Source of the DNA: Mobula birostris
Lineage: Eukaryota
Assembly (NCBI RefSeq): GCF_030028105.1
Contig: NC_092393.1
Span: 33,457,248 to 33,521,247 of the forward strand
Direction of reading: 5' to 3'
DNA: 64,000 bases
The notes under the pieces were generated by a model. That model did no database searches and was not told where the DNA came from. It was given only the letters and a program-made list of their open reading frames with translations. Positions 1 to 13,564 of this stretch are shown here, piece after piece (the stretch's first letter is position 1; each line of letters begins with the position of its first letter). The translations under genes were made by a program, and so were the position numbers.

Positions 1-2255
1 ATCCTTCTATAGAGCGTGAATCTCTCTAATATTAAAGAAGGATAAAGATCCTGCTCAATGTGCATCTTGTAGACCAGTATCTTTATTAAATGTTGATTCT
101 AAAATTTTTTCTAAATTATTAGCAAACAGATTAGAAAAAGTTCTCCCTTTTATTATCTCGGAAGACCAAACGGGTTTTATTAAAGGTCTTTACTCTTTCT
201 ATAACATTCGCACGCTGTTAAATATTGTTTATACCCCCTCACAAAATGTTCCTGAGTATGTTATCTCTTTAGATGCTGAAAAAGCTTTTGATAGAGTAGA
301 ATGGCCTTACTTATTTAAGGTGCTTGAAATGTTTAATTTTAGCTCGAAATTTATATCCTGGATCAAACTGTTATATCATTCTCCTATGGCCTCAGTCTGT
401 ACTAACTCTTTAAGCTCACCTTTTTTCACTCTTTTTCGAGGTACTCGACAAGGTTGTCCTCTTAGTCCTTTATTATTTGATATTGCATTAGAACCTCTTG
501 CAATTGCCATTCGAGAATCTCCAAATATTATTGGGATAACTCGGGGCTAAAGTCCCATAAAATATCACTCTATGCTGATGACTTACTTTTATATATTTCT
601 AATCCTCAAAAATCTATCCCTGCTGCTTTAGATTTATTAGCACAATTTAGTCTTTTTTCAGGTTATAAATTAAATCTTAGTAAGAGTGAACTTTTTCCGA
701 TTAATAAACAACTTCCCTTGTATCATAACTTTCCGTTTAAATTGATTAATAATTATTTCTCATATCTTGGGATTAAAATTACTTATAAACACAAAGATTT
801 ATTTAAGATGAATTTTTTACCCTTAATTGATCATATTACTCAATTTTCATCTAAATGGTTTCCATTATATTTAACTTGGATTGGTCGTATTAATGCAGTT
901 AAGATGTTTATTCTGCCAAAATTTTTATATATATTTCAGGCATTACCGATTTTTGTTCCAAAATCTTTTTTTGATAAAGTTGACTCTAAAATTTCTTCAT
1001 TTATTTGGCAAAATAAAAACCCGAGACTGGGTAAAATACATTTACAGAAAGCTAAGAGAGATGGAGGTTTAGCACTACCTAACTTTAGATTCTATTATTG
1101 GGCAATTAATATTCGACATATGAAATTTTGGTTACTTGACCAAGATACACTATCCATCCCTAAATGGGTAGTATTGGAATTACAATCTGCTCAGGGCTAT
1201 GCACTTGGCTCTATTTTAGATTCCTCTCTTCCTTTCGATTTGAAACGCCTCAAACTGGTCTCTAACCCGATAGTTAAATATACCTTACGTACTTGGTTTC
1301 AATTCAGAAAATTTTTCGATCTTAACCAATTTGGGCTAGCGATCCCTATTTTAGGTAACATATTTTTTCCTCCCTCTTTCACGGATCGTGCGTTTCAAAT
1401 TTGGAAGACTAGGGGTACTTCACGGTTTTTGGATTTATTTTTAGATGGTTCCCTTATGTCTTTTGAACAATTATCTAATAAATATAATTTACCAAGGATA
1501 CATTTTCTTAGATATCTTCAGGTTAGAAATTTCCTAAGTACTATACTTTCTTCCTTTCCAATGCTCCCTCCTACATATATTTTAGATACTATAATCAACC
1601 TTAATCCATGTCAGAAAGGTGCAATGGCTATTATTTATAATATTATTATGAAACTTAGGAAAGCTCCATTTGATAAGATTAGGTCAGATTGGGAACAAGA
1701 ATTGGGTTCTATTATTTCCGTGGATGACTGGGGGCAGATTTTACAATTAGTCAATACTTTCTCTATCTGTGCTAAACATTCCCTAATTCAATTTAAACTT
1801 GCTCATAGAGCACATATGTCCAAAGATAAATTAGCTCGTTTTTATTCTCATGTTAATCCTTTTTGTGATAGTGTCCGGGGCAGATAGCTTCCTTAGCTCA
1901 TATGTTTTGGTCTTGTCCTACTCTGGAAACTTTTTAGAGAGACATTTTTAATATTATCTCAAAGGTATTGAATATAGATACCTCTCCTCATCCTATTACT
2001 GCTATCTTTGGATTACCTAAAATTTCCAGTAATCTTTCCCCTTCAGCCCGTAGAATGATTGCACTTCTTACTTTAATGGCAAAAAGATGTATCTTACAAC
2101 ATTGGAAAGAGCCTAATGCTCCAACTACCTTTTTTTGGTTTTCCCAGACGATATTATGCTTAAATTTGGAGAAAATTAGAAGTAATCTTTATGATTCCTC
2201 ACTTAAATTTGAACAGACCTGGAGATCTTTTATTCAATATTTTCATTTAATGTAA
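1..2255 (+). pseudogene. Disrupted L1 ORF2 (reverse transcriptase)
   Basis: ORFs 320-550, 718-1887 and 1968-2255 join via frameshifts near 545 and 1870 plus an in-frame TAG near 1935. Confidence 0.9.
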
Positions 2256-2451
2256 TTTTTTTTCTCTTTTGTTTCATATTTATATTCCCTTCTTGCTTTT
2301 TTTTAACTGTTTTTAATGGAGGTCGGGTTTGAGGACGTGATTTTAAGTTCTTTAACTCTACCTGTTTCCAAGTTAGCCTATTGCTTTGCTTTGCTTTTAG
2401 TTTGGTTGCACGGTGGGATTTTTTGGGTTTTTTTTTTCCTTTTCTCTATTG

Positions 2452-2470
2452 ATATATATATATATATATA
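2452..2470. repeat. (TA)n microsatellite in the L1 3' UTR
   Basis: atatatatatatatatata. Confidence 0.9.
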
Positions 2471-3193
2471 AAATTAGTATACTATTATTTTACCTTATTA
2501 TTTTATGTTTAAGTTGCACTGTTTGTATCAATTTTTTTCTGTATTAATATCTCCTGTAATTTCTAACAGTGTATTAGTGCTTATATGTTTTACCTTTTGT
2601 ATACTTATTCAATAAAGAGATTTAAAAAGAAAGAAAGAGCTGTATACTGAGGCAAAACTAAGGTAGGGCTAACCAACAAAATATTCTTTTTTTAAGGATT
2701 CAACTTCCAATTGATTTCAATGGAAATGCTACAATGTATAACATACCACATGGTACAGTCAGTTATTAATACCATGCCGACTGTTGTTCACTAGTGGATT
2801 CTAACCTGTGCAGGATAGTTAAAGTACATTGTTACATTTCCTTTTCTATCTGGAGCCAACAAAGTCAATTATGTGGCAATTGATGTTCCTTTGAGAAAGG
2901 TGTCTTTATATTGGCATTTGCTGATGAAAAATAATCTTTTTAAGGTAATGACCAGATAATCAAGGTCTGAAGAGCCAAGCATGAAATAATGTCTTCTCAG
3001 TCTTTAATTTAAATTAATTAGTTCTCATTTATTACAGATTGAACCTCATTATTACCATTTTCCATGTACAAAACTTTCATACCTGACACTCAAGATTGAC
3101 AATGTATGTTGTAATTAATATAATATCAAAATTGACCCACTAACTAAAGGCTGTTGATGAGCAAAACCAGTAGATCATCATTCTGTGCAACCA

Positions 3194-3801
3194 CAGTGGA
3201 TTCCGGTTCATTGGGCCATCGGTTAATCGGTGCAGTCACTTGTTTGTGACAACTCTTAAAAAACAAAAACTAACCAAGGAACTGCCACTTAATTGCTACA
3301 GGAAATTGTTGCCAAAGTTTCTAACTAGCGTCAGTCGCATGCCAGAAATGGCCAGTAGTAAAAATGGAACAATTTCAGTACTTCAAGAAATTAGGAACTA
3401 CAAAGAATTTAAAGGTATCAACAATCATCTTAGATGTTACAAGGAAAATGAGAATTTGGAGGATGGAATCATATGAAGACAGTCCATCATCTGCATAGGT
3501 GTCTGCTCTGATTTTGTTCATTCAAAATCAATCAAAAGAACATAGCAGTGTACACTAGATAAATTCCTCTTTTGATAACAATTAGGAACTAATACAGCTT
3601 TATAGTACTGTAGTAGTATTGTTGATGTTCTAGTTTATTCTGTCTTTCACTTAAATATATAATTTCTTAGTTAGTTAAATGGTAGCTTGTCTTTATTATT
3701 CGTTTTAACTATTTCCATGAAACTTTGGCTAATTAGGGTATCCAATTAATTGGGCCAAAATCTGTTGGTCCCAATCTGTCCCAATTAACCAGAATCCACT
3801 G
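3194..3801 (+). mobile_element. Non-autonomous Tigger/pogo-type (Tc1/mariner) DNA transposon
   Basis: 22-bp TIRs cagtggattccggttcattggg (3194-3215) and cccaattaaccagaatccactg (3780-3801) match 20/22. Internal acidic transposase C-terminal remnant (KEFKGINNHLRCYKENENLEDGII). Confidence 0.85.
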
Positions 3802-4759
3802 CACCTATAAAAGCAATTAGTAATATTTCTATAGATGTTTTGGGTATGCCCTCAAGAAAATAAATTGCAGGTTTGTATACAGTGATATATATACTTCGAT
3901 AATAAATTTATTTTTGAACTTTAATTGTGCTAATTTACTGCATCCGGAAATGAGGGAATATATTTTAATGCTAACTCATAGTTTTGAAAAGATGTTATTG
4001 ATTGTATTCTGAGACAATATCCAAGATATTTTGTATGCTTTATATAACAGAATCAAAATTAAAATTAAATGTTCGGAGAAGACTAGATAAAAATCTAGTT
4101 TCTTTTCAACCTATTGAAATGAAAGGAGAGCTAGTCCTTCCAGAAGCAAATTAAATAGAACATAGTCATGTAATCACTTTATTCTGGTAAGCAAAGAACT
4201 ACTGAAACTGACTAAAGAGAAAATATCACTTTCATTTTCATGAAAAAATTATCGATGTCTGACTTGTGTTTAGTGCAGAATTTGATCATTCCATGTTATT
4301 TGACAAATGCCACACATCATCCCACAAGTATTGATCAGATTAGTTCTTCCATTTCCTTTCTGTAGGCTAACTTCTGAAGCATGGCTTTAATCAGTTCCTT
4401 AATTGTAGATTTAATGTAGCATTTATTGATGCCAAGAGAACTCTAAATTCTTACTAAAACTTTGCAAGATTACCTTTTAATTCATGTTTTTATTAGCAAT
4501 GATTGTGGTTTAAGCTTGATAAATTGAATGTTTAATTAACTCACATTTAATAATTTAATATTGAAGTGCTTTAATCAAGAAAACATGGATGTGTGAATTA
4601 CAGAAATGCTTACTGCCACTTTCAAGAAAGTAGATGGTATCCTTTGCTTGCTTTTGGATGCTGTTAAGTGGAAATAAGTATTAATGTGAAATGATTTACT
4701 CCATATCACTCTCTACATCCTGATGGAAATTATGAAATATGCTTGGTCATATATTTGTC

Positions 4760-5470
4760 ATGATTTTATCAATAATTGGGGGAACTGGATTGAGGCAATT
4801 GTAGTAACAGCTGGCATAGACCCAATGGACTGAATGGTCTCCTATATTAAGGAGACCAATCCCTCCAATTTGTGAAATAACATATATTGTGAAATAGAAT
4901 TTGGCTAGAAATTAATCTCAAGATGTAACGGTTTTCTGGATGTTATCTAAAAGTTCTCAGAGCCCTGGACAGAATATGCCAAAAGTACAATGAACTCTTT
5001 TGAATACTGCACCTTACGGATTGTACATTGACCTTGGAGAGAGAATGGCTCAGATTTGTCAGAGTAGTATTTGGACTCCAAAGATTAAATTATGATGAGT
5101 GATTCCATGATTCCACAAACCAGAGTTGATATTTAGTATATTGTGAAGCGATTTGGTTAGAGTTTTTGAATAAGTAAGGTGGATAGAGAAACTATATTCA
5201 ATGGTTAGTAAGTCAACAATTTGGGAATATTTTCTAAAAATTGGAACTGGCACTTTCTGTAGTGAAATTGCTGGACTCTTCTATGCTTAAAGAGTGGTGA
5301 ACAGATCTTCGTTCTAGGCTGGCTATTTTAAATCTGAAGTGAATAAATTTATTGTGTGCAAAGATATGAAGAGACATGAGACAAATGTGAGTGCAAAAAG
5401 CAAAATAGCTATGCTTCCATTAAATGATGGTACAGGCATGAGGAGCTGTAGGTCCGACAAAGCTCCTACA
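4760..5470 (+). mobile_element. Highly eroded CR1-type LINE 3' fragments
   Basis: 3' UTR-like ggcatagacccaatggactgaatggtctcct (~4813-4843) and taaatgatggtacaggcatgaggagctg (~5421-5448), resembling the other CR1 tails in the window. Confidence 0.5.
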
Positions 5471-7399
5471 AATCACTTGGGACGTTTTCAAGATGAATTT
5501 TAGTGAACTCTTGAATATATGATGCTGCTACTTTATGCAATGCCCATGTTTGTCTCTGAGTGGATTGATATCAAACTTGTCATAATTGGAGGCAGAAATC
5601 CAAGTGCTTTGTGTTATGAATTGACCATGAGGAAGGGCGGATTTTACTGTCAGGTATACATTCATTGTAATGAGAAGAATTTTTCAGTTTTTTTTTAAAG
5701 ATGTTGAGCGCAGTATTGAGAATCTGGTCTCAGTCACCTTATGGATTGTTATTTTAGGATTCATGCTGGAAGTGCATTTAGCATTTCATTGTTTTATTCA
5801 ATAAAACATTGAAGTAGTTGATTTGCATTTTCATCAAGAAAATGTATCTACTTTTGCCTTTTTCTCTTATCAATATTTTAAATGCATTTATTAAATATTT
5901 GTTTTTTCCATTTGCTAGTTTATTTGTATCTCTATAACCTTATTATAAATAACAGGAAATGTTTTCAAATAATAAGTACAACAAAATCTCATTCTTTTGG
6001 CATCAACTCAATCTCATGTAAGCAAATTGATTCATGATCTGAACAACTGTAATGGAAAAACAGGAGAGTATTGAGCAGATTAACCTCCGGATAGACTAGT
6101 ACAGCATCAAAACATACTTATCTGAAAGAGCCTGTGATTCACCCATGGTATCACACATAGTAGGCTACAGGATACAGAGTAATACTACTTTTTTCAAGCT
6201 TCCCTTGCCATGATATCAATATAAGACGTCCTTAAAAATTAAGTGCTTCTATTTCTTATTAACTTTACTTTTTATTTAGACATACTGCACGGTAACAGGC
6301 CCTTTGGCCCAGTGCGCCTCTGACATTTACGAGTCCAGAAGGCCGTACCCCAACACAGAAATCAGAATGCCTCAGGAGCAGATGGCTCTCACTTCAAAAT
6401 CCAAACTCACCTATGAAAACCATTAGTGACATATTCACAATTTTATCACATTTACTTTGGAAGAAAATGCTATACTGGAGACATCAGAGATACTATACTT
6501 ACCGCCTGTTAGCCCAGACTTAGCAACCAAAATTAGAAAGACAATATCAGCAATTACACTTGCACTGATGCACTAACTTTCTTAAGGCTTTTACACTGGC
6601 ACCGGTTGTGAAACTATTTAGGACTACAGTATGCAGCATTAGGAATCTGAGAGCATTATAGGAAGCAACTTCATAATTTTAGAATTATTAGTGAAATGTG
6701 AAGTAAGTGTTTAGAAAGTGTAAATAAGAATAATTAATTCAACCATAACAACATGCAGAAACAAAATAAAAAGTTTGAAAGAAAGATGGGATCAAGGAAA
6801 AGACAAACTGAAAGCATTTTTTTTAGTTTGGATCTCTTTTCTTCAGTAAACTCTGTGCTCCCAAAAATTAATTTACTGGTCCACAGTGATTAAGTGCTAA
6901 CCTTGTGCTCAACATTTGCATGGCCTGAAATGGATATGGCCAGACTCTTCCTGATGAAAGTAAAGATATATTTTAAATGTGCAGTGACAAATCTCTTTTG
7001 ATCAGGTACTTTGTATTCTAGCATCTGGAAGAGCAGGGCAGCAGACAGAAACATTGATTTCTAAGTTCAAAAATGTATTCGCAATCACAAGAAGGTGCTA
7101 TCTAATTTACACTCTGTACTATCTAACACGTAAGTTTGACATCACTTCATAATGTATTTGATCATGTCTATATTTTGTTCATGTGCACAGTCTGAAAATA
7201 ACCTCAAGCAATCCAAGTACATGTTAGACTAGGAACACTGCAGGGAATATACTGGAGACACGTGAGGAGAAAGAGAAAAGAATTGAAGCTGCCTGAACTA
7301 AAGAGCCATCAAACTTACACATGCTAGTAAGGCGAGTCAGAAATTAGTAAAAGGAGATTTCAAGCAATGACTCAAATGGTCAAATTTAAGAAAAAAAGA

Positions 7400-7770
7400 A
7401 ATAATTGAATTGAATTGAATGATCTTTATTGTCATTATACATAGGTACAATGAAACTCTGTTTGGCTTCCTCTCAGGCAATTAAATAAAGCGGTAATAAA
7501 GGGTGGTGCGTATGAACCACCAAATATAATCAGAATCAGAATCTGGTTTAATATCACTAGCATTTGTCATGAAATTTAATAAAAATAACTATAAATTACA
7601 ATAAGTATATATAAAAACAATTAAATCTTAAAGTAGTGCAAAAAGAGAGGGAAAAACACTGAGGTGGTGTTCTTGGGTTCATTGTCCATTCAGAAATCTG
7701 ATGGCAGAGGGGAAGAAATGTGAGTGTGTGCCTCAGATTCTCTACCTTGTTGATGGTAGCAATGAGAAAG
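7400..7770 (-). mobile_element. Rex1/Babar-type LINE 3' end fragments
   Basis: (attga)n and (cagaat)n tails followed by sequence similar to 20961-21083/21771-21880 and 63320-63560. Confidence 0.7.
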
Positions 7771-8499
7771 CAATAAAACTGCTGATGAATGAATTGGGCA
7801 AGATGGCAGCTCAGAAGGTGTCCAGATTTAATGCGGAAAATCGATCTTCATGCAGTCAGTTTTTATGCAGAGCAGATGGAGGTGTTTTTCATGGCAAAGA
7901 GTATTATTGAAATCACTAGAGGGGGAGACTGTCACTGTCCACAATAAAGCAATACAAGAGCATAATGAAAATATCTTTGCTATCAGAGATAGCCTTATAT
8001 AGTATACCATTTGTCAGATCAAGTCTGAGTCACAAGTACTGATGCAAAAAAAAAAGACCAGTGGGAGAATCTCCTCCCAGTGTTAAGGAGATTATTCATT
8101 GCTAGTAAACCTGTTCACAGCAGCAAACTGTTTCAACTGCACAATGAAAGGAAACACAACCTTAGTGTGTGATTCTGGACTTTTCTCAATAGTAGTCAGA
8201 GTTATGTGGATCAAACATCTTAGCTGTTGTTTCGCATGGCATGCCCTAGGAGCGGCAGAACCGCATCAATCCATTCGGGAGCTGGGGTTGGATCACTCTT
8301 CATCTGGCATCTCATCCACAGTTGTTCCAACATGGGTGGCCCTGAGTTGGCATCGCCTGCTGGAGTCCTAGAAGTTGCCTCCATAGGATGCCAACGTGTT
8401 GATCCAGATTGTGGAGTAACATCATAGCAAAGTGGCATTAATAAAAAAAACATGCTGAATGTGAATGCATATTTTGGCTTGACATGGAAGTTCTTAATT

Positions 8500-8678
8500 A
8501 GGACCATAAGATATAGAAGCAGAAATAGGCCATTCGACCAATTACATCTGCTCTGCCATTCCATCATGGCTGATTTATTATCCCTCTCAATCCCATTATC
8601 CTCCCTTCTCCCTTTAACCTTTGACACCTTCACTAATCAAGAACCTATCAACCTCTGCTTTAAATATACTAAATGACT
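8500..8678 (-). mobile_element. CR1-type LINE 3' end
   Basis: gaccataagatatagaagcagaaataggccattcgacc...tcaacctctgctttaaatata, the reverse of a typical CR1 3' UTR. Confidence 0.8.
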
Positions 8679-8894
8679 TTTGTTAATTGGTTGTTATGTT
8701 CAGCTTCTCATAGTAGCTAACCACTGAAAACAAACTAATGCTGTTACAAGTTGATTGTCTTAAAGGATTATAAGTGGATGGAAGAATATATTTGATGTGA
8801 ACTCTCTTCATCCAGATTGAAGTAAGCTTCTAGAGCAATATGGAGATAGGTTCAATGATTCATAGGTTGTCATTAAGGAGTACAATGCTCTCAT

Positions 8895-9268
8895 TGGGTG
8901 GTAGGGTGGAGATATGTCTCTCCCAAAGGAGGTGTAAGGTGCTCTTTCCCTCCATTAGTCTGCAGTCACCCTTGGCCAATATGTAGCACCCACTTAGGCC
9001 CCCTGATCAGGGTCACGTGAAGCCATGAGAGTAGGTAGTGGATGGTCATATGAGCGGCTGGGGCATATCACGTCCCAGTTATGCAACTGATGCCAGGCAG
9101 ATAAGCTCTGGAGAGTACTGAAGATGACTGGGGTTTCCCATCTTGTAAAAACGCTGCCCAGAAACGGCAATGGCAAACCAATTCTGTAGAACAATTTGCC
9201 AAGAACCATCATGGTCTTGGAAAGACCATAAATGCCCACGTCATACAACATGGCACATAATGAATGCA
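8895..9268 (+). mobile_element. Short non-autonomous element/SINE with an RTE-BovB-like 3' part
   Basis: GC-rich ~370-bp block containing ggcaatggcaaacca...tttgccaagaacc (Bov-B-like motif) and ending in a short aatg repeat. Confidence 0.6.
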
Positions 9269-11389
9269 TGAACAATGTTCTCATATTGTGTGCATAGACC
9301 ACTATCATATGCAGGGAATGTAAGAGAAACAACTGGCAAACTTGAATAAACATGTACAGGTCCAAGAAAGGTTTGAGGCCAATGTCAGGGTTATAAAATC
9401 TATGAACTTTGTTCCATTATTGTACTAAGTTTCTGCCAGACTCCTAACACACCTGAGAGAACTGCATTAACTGCTGAACAAGGAACAACTATGACAACTG
9501 GGAAGGGATCCGGACTTCGTAAGAAAAGTTTTGGTAGTGAGCCACTGTTGGGCCATCTTTGCACCACTCACACACGAAAGCTTGTTTATCCTAAGGTGAG
9601 ACATCAATAAGCCACATTGTGGTCAATGGCCAAGCAAAGCCCAAATACCTCGGTGTTACATAAACCACCAAAGTGTAAAAGGAAGAACATTGAAATATGA
9701 AAGAAGAGATAGAAAGTTATATTTGGCATCTCAAGTATACACAGCTTCTGGTTAGACAGGCTACTAACATTAGTCACAAACTATAACTCTTTGTTGGCCA
9801 TTTAAGACTCAGGTCTGTAGTTCCCACAGTGGCAACTTCAAGAATTCAAAGTGGGGGGGGGCATCCTTTTGTCCCAATTATGATATCAAACACTGAAAAG
9901 CTGAAATATCGGAATGTACAGTGAAAGAGACTCTAAAACAAAACATGCAAAGCAGATCAGACCTTATGAAGAGTGAACTCAACAGATTTTCTTGGTAAGC
10001 TATAGATTGATGCTGGATACTTCTGAGGACATAACCCCACATGAATGCTGATGTATGGAAGACTTATTCTTAGTTAGTTGAATCTAGAAGGAAAGATGGC
10101 TGTTAAAGCAAAGCAAACGTCATGGCCCATTTTATAAAGGAGAGGGATATTCAGATTACATAATTATTTTTGTGTTAATGCCACTGAGCAGGTTGCAGAT
10201 GAGAAAATGGGTTATCAAATTGAATAAATGTCTGGTTCTTAGAATTATCTTAAAAGAGTATGCAACACACAGAAAACTCCATAGAGATCACTTGGTCTCA
10301 CTGCAAGATACTGTGAATAGTATCAATATGACCAATAGCAAATACATCGACAATATATAAAACCTCAGTAACAATTCCATTCTCTGCCATTAAAAATGGG
10401 ATATAGTAGGTATAAGCAGTTTAAAATGAAACGATGGTAACTTGAACTGTTTCTTTTCCCTTTTCTCCTTTATACTGGGAACATTTCACAGACATTGCTT
10501 TTTATAACAATAGGAACATTGTGGGAGTTAATCTGCAAAATGTCTCTCAGCTACTAAAGTGAAGCAGAGTGCAACTTAGCATATCCTTTTACAAGTGCAG
10601 ATTGCAACTTTTATGTCTCTCTGAGTTGCTTAGCCTATTCAGCAGATCCACAAAGGGAAAAATGGCCTGACCGGCTTATTTTTCCATTGTCAGCCCAAAG
10701 GTTAATTAAATCATACCTTCTGTTTTGGTGTTGATTTTCCATGTGTTGGAAATGACTCAAGATATTTGATACTTCTGTTGAAGGAAATATTAGACTGAAA
10801 TTGTGCCTTTGATTGGTTCCTGAACAGTTTCTGATACAGTTCAAAACATATAGGTAGAGGCAGCAGGCTAAAGGCATAACCCTATGATCTCCAATTATAA
10901 TAATTAATGTAGTTCTATAGGTGGTACTGATAAGATTCCACTATAGATTTTGAAACACATTGAACGGATAGCACAAATCTTCTCATAAGCACAGCAAAAA
11001 AAAGGTCTGTGCATCCACAAACATATTAACCTTCATTCTCATTTTAAGTTATTTTTTACCTGAAGTAAAAACCCTATCCAACCAACTCCTGCCATGTTTT
11101 AAATCATTTTAGAAAAAAAAGACAATTGAATTGCTTTTAAATTTGACTTACAACCAAAGGAAGCATGAAACTGCACATAGTCATCGCTCCTTTATTATCC
11201 CTTCCAGATTGTATCAATGTAACTTAGGCAAAATTACACCACACGCTAGCTTGCACTTCCACAATTATGGAAAGGTTAACACTCTCTACGCCTTCAGGAA
11301 CTTTAAATTTAGCACCATTATAACCCCAGTTCAGTGTCTAGTATCTAGTATCTTCCATCATAATAGTGCCTCCAGCATTGAACCATCAC

Positions 11390-11610
11390 AAGGGTTTTCT
11401 CCAGGTACTCTGGTTGTCTCCCACATCCCAAGCTTCTGCCATTACATTAAGTGATTACTTTTTGGTGTAAGTTGTCAGAGAAATATTAAAAGTGAGTCAA
11501 TTGGCATACTTGAAAGAAAATCGGTTACAGATGTATGAGGGCTTATGAAAGAAGTAATAGTACTGATGAGGTTGTTCCCATGTGAGGTGGCATGTTCTGA
11601 TGAGCTAAAT
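11390..11610 (+). mobile_element. Eroded V-SINE fragment
   Basis: V-domain-like gggttttctccaggtactctggttgtctcccacatccca at ~11392-11430. Confidence 0.6.
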
Positions 11611-12453
11611 AGCTTCCTTCTCTGTTAGTTGGGTAAAAAAAAAGTCCTAAAAATAGAATGCAGAGGGGATGAATAAAGTTTGCAGTAATAGAGATGAGAG
11701 GAAAAAATCAAAATGACCAAATAAAGCCATAGGTTGTTAAAGATGATTCATTTTCCTTTCCTTGATGAAGTTAAAGCATATATGCAGGAACACAAGCATA
11801 GTTCATCAAAAATTTGGAACAAATCCAGGACCACCCTGTATCAGTTAACTTAATTATGCACTAGGTAATCCATTACATAATTGAGTCATTTGGAAGATTT
11901 AACAACAGACACATTGCAAAACCATTGTTTACCATGACCCCTGTATCTAGAATTACATATTCTTTTCAAAAAGAGTTCTGTCCCAAAATGACTTGATTCA
12001 TAGCGAGTGACTTATCTGAAACTCTTTTGGAACACATTTCCACATTTCCCTCTTAGTAGTTTGTTTTTATTTACTCACTTGTTTTGGGAAAACGGCATCA
12101 CTGACATATAAGCTTACTGCCGAACACGAATTGCCCTTGATAAAATGGTGCTAGGCCACCTTCCTGATCATCTCCTTTCTCTGTGCGAATAGAATTTGTG
12201 TCACAAGATTTAGCAGCTGTATTGCACTTACAGAGATATCAGGAATCTAGGGCTTCAGAAAAAAACAATCATTGTAAATAAAGCTGATCAATAAATTGAA
12301 AATAAGCTTGTTTATTAGCCCATGAATTCCTTTCAATTGCAACATCAGGTATTAAACCAAGGGAGATTTTGTAGACCAAAACATTCTTAGGAAATGTGTT
12401 CCAGTCTGAATAGACTCTTCTCGGGCTTCCAGCCTGGTACTGGTATCAATTTT

Positions 12454-12498
12454 AACCAATGTTTCGATGACGAACTCTGCCATCTTTATCAGGATGAT
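12454..12498 (-). ncRNA. Minimal type-I hammerhead ribozyme motif, decayed
   Basis: Reverse complement reads catc CTGATAA a gatggc-agagttc-gtcatc GAAAC ATT ggtt; G8>A in the core. Confidence 0.6.
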
Positions 12499-13520
12499 AT
12501 ACACTGTCTGATATATGCTGCATTCACAGGGAATCCTGTAAATGCCAACTGTCCTGAGCCCCGGACCATCTTTGGCCCACATAAGCTGCGGTCTGAGCTT
12601 CCTTATGAGATTGTGCATGGTATTAAATCCAGTTTTTCTTCAGGATCCTGGTAATCCTTCCAGAAAACATGGAAATACAGGGAAGACAGACAGTAGCGAC
12701 AGGTTCCTCCTCGTTGTTAGGTTTCCTGGTTTTTCTGCAGCCCTTTTAAGGGCCTGATTGATTTCCTTCACCTTGTAGCCATTCTGTAGGAAAGCGTGCA
12801 TTAATTTTCTTATTTCTTCTTGGAGACTCTCCAAGTCCAAAGTAGTTTTTGCATGGTTAGTCAAAGTAGAAAGAGCCAGTCTATGTTGGGAGGCATGATG
12901 GTGGCTATTATTACTGAGTAGGTCTCTGATAATCGCCTTGCCCAAGGCTACTGATCGGTTTCCATCATATTAGAATGTCCAGGAATGCCGGTCTTCCCTA
13001 TATTTCCATGGTTCCTGGAAGGATCCCAGGATCCTGAAGAAATACCAGAATAATACCATTCACAAACCCTCAAAGCTCAAATCACAGCTTATCTGGGTCA
13101 AAGATGACCTGGGACTCAGAACGTCTGGTGTTTTAGAGGATTTCCTATGAATGCTGAGCAATGTATATTGGCCAGACAGGATGTGTAGTGGAAACCTGCA
13201 TCCAGGAGAACAGGAGGTGGATCCACTTGAGTTACCGGTGAAATCCAAGGTAGCAGAACATCGCATTCACAATAGTGTTAGGATTGAGTTCAAAGGCACA
13301 AAACTACTGAACTGCATGCCATTGGGTTTTGGAACCACATGGTGAAGGAATCCATTAAAATAAAACCAGAGAAAAAGACAAAGGTCTCACTCTAAGTAAG
13401 AACAGGAATTCGATTGTAAATAAGTTGAGACAGCAGAAAGCCGATTGGATGAGGATTAAATAATCAGGAGGGACAGGAAACAGGGATATAGATACCACTG
13501 GGCTAGACCTGCATCGGCAT

Positions 13521-13564
13521 CATCTCTGATGAAGATGGCAGAGTATATCATCGAAACATCAGGT
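13521..13564 (+). ncRNA. Minimal type-I hammerhead ribozyme motif
   Basis: atct CTGATGA a gatgg..tcatc GAAAC ATC aggt. Core boxes intact and stems I/II pair; the stem III palindrome ACGT reads ACAT. Confidence 0.7.

Larger units (their letters stand above)
1..2638 (+). mobile_element. L1-clade LINE, 3' half (ORF2 RT + C-terminal Cys/His domain, 3' UTR, A-rich tail), runs off the left edge
   Basis: Motifs DAEKAFDRVEW (~271-303), GTRQGCPLSPLLF, SLYADD (~565-582), GGLALPNFRFYYWA and C-terminal CDxC...HMFWSC (~1864-1916). Stop at 2255, AATAAA at 2611, A-rich tail ~2623-2638. Confidence 0.95.
7790..10140 (+). mobile_element. Ancient, heavily deleted Gypsy-type LTR retrotransposon internal relic (gag-PR-RT-RNaseH-IN order), interrupted by later insertions
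   Basis: Degenerate zinc knuckle CFNCTMKGNTTLVC (8129-8170). Protease-end-like LLQVDCLKGL*VDG and LLEQYGDRFND (~8735-8860). RNase H-like ISHIVVNGQAKP (9607-9642), IFGIS, TLVTNYNSLLAI (~9767-9803), VPTVATSRIQ and NYDIK. Confidence 0.7.

Noticed and set aside
4834-4858. 9-bp hairpin tggtctcct/aggagacca
   Set aside because: Short, lies in a CR1 tail remnant, and plausible by chance.
8895-9005. Possible HDV-like ribozyme at the 5' end of the BovB-like SINE (agggtgg/tcaccct pairing)
   Set aside because: I could not place P2/P3/L3 in the required nested order.
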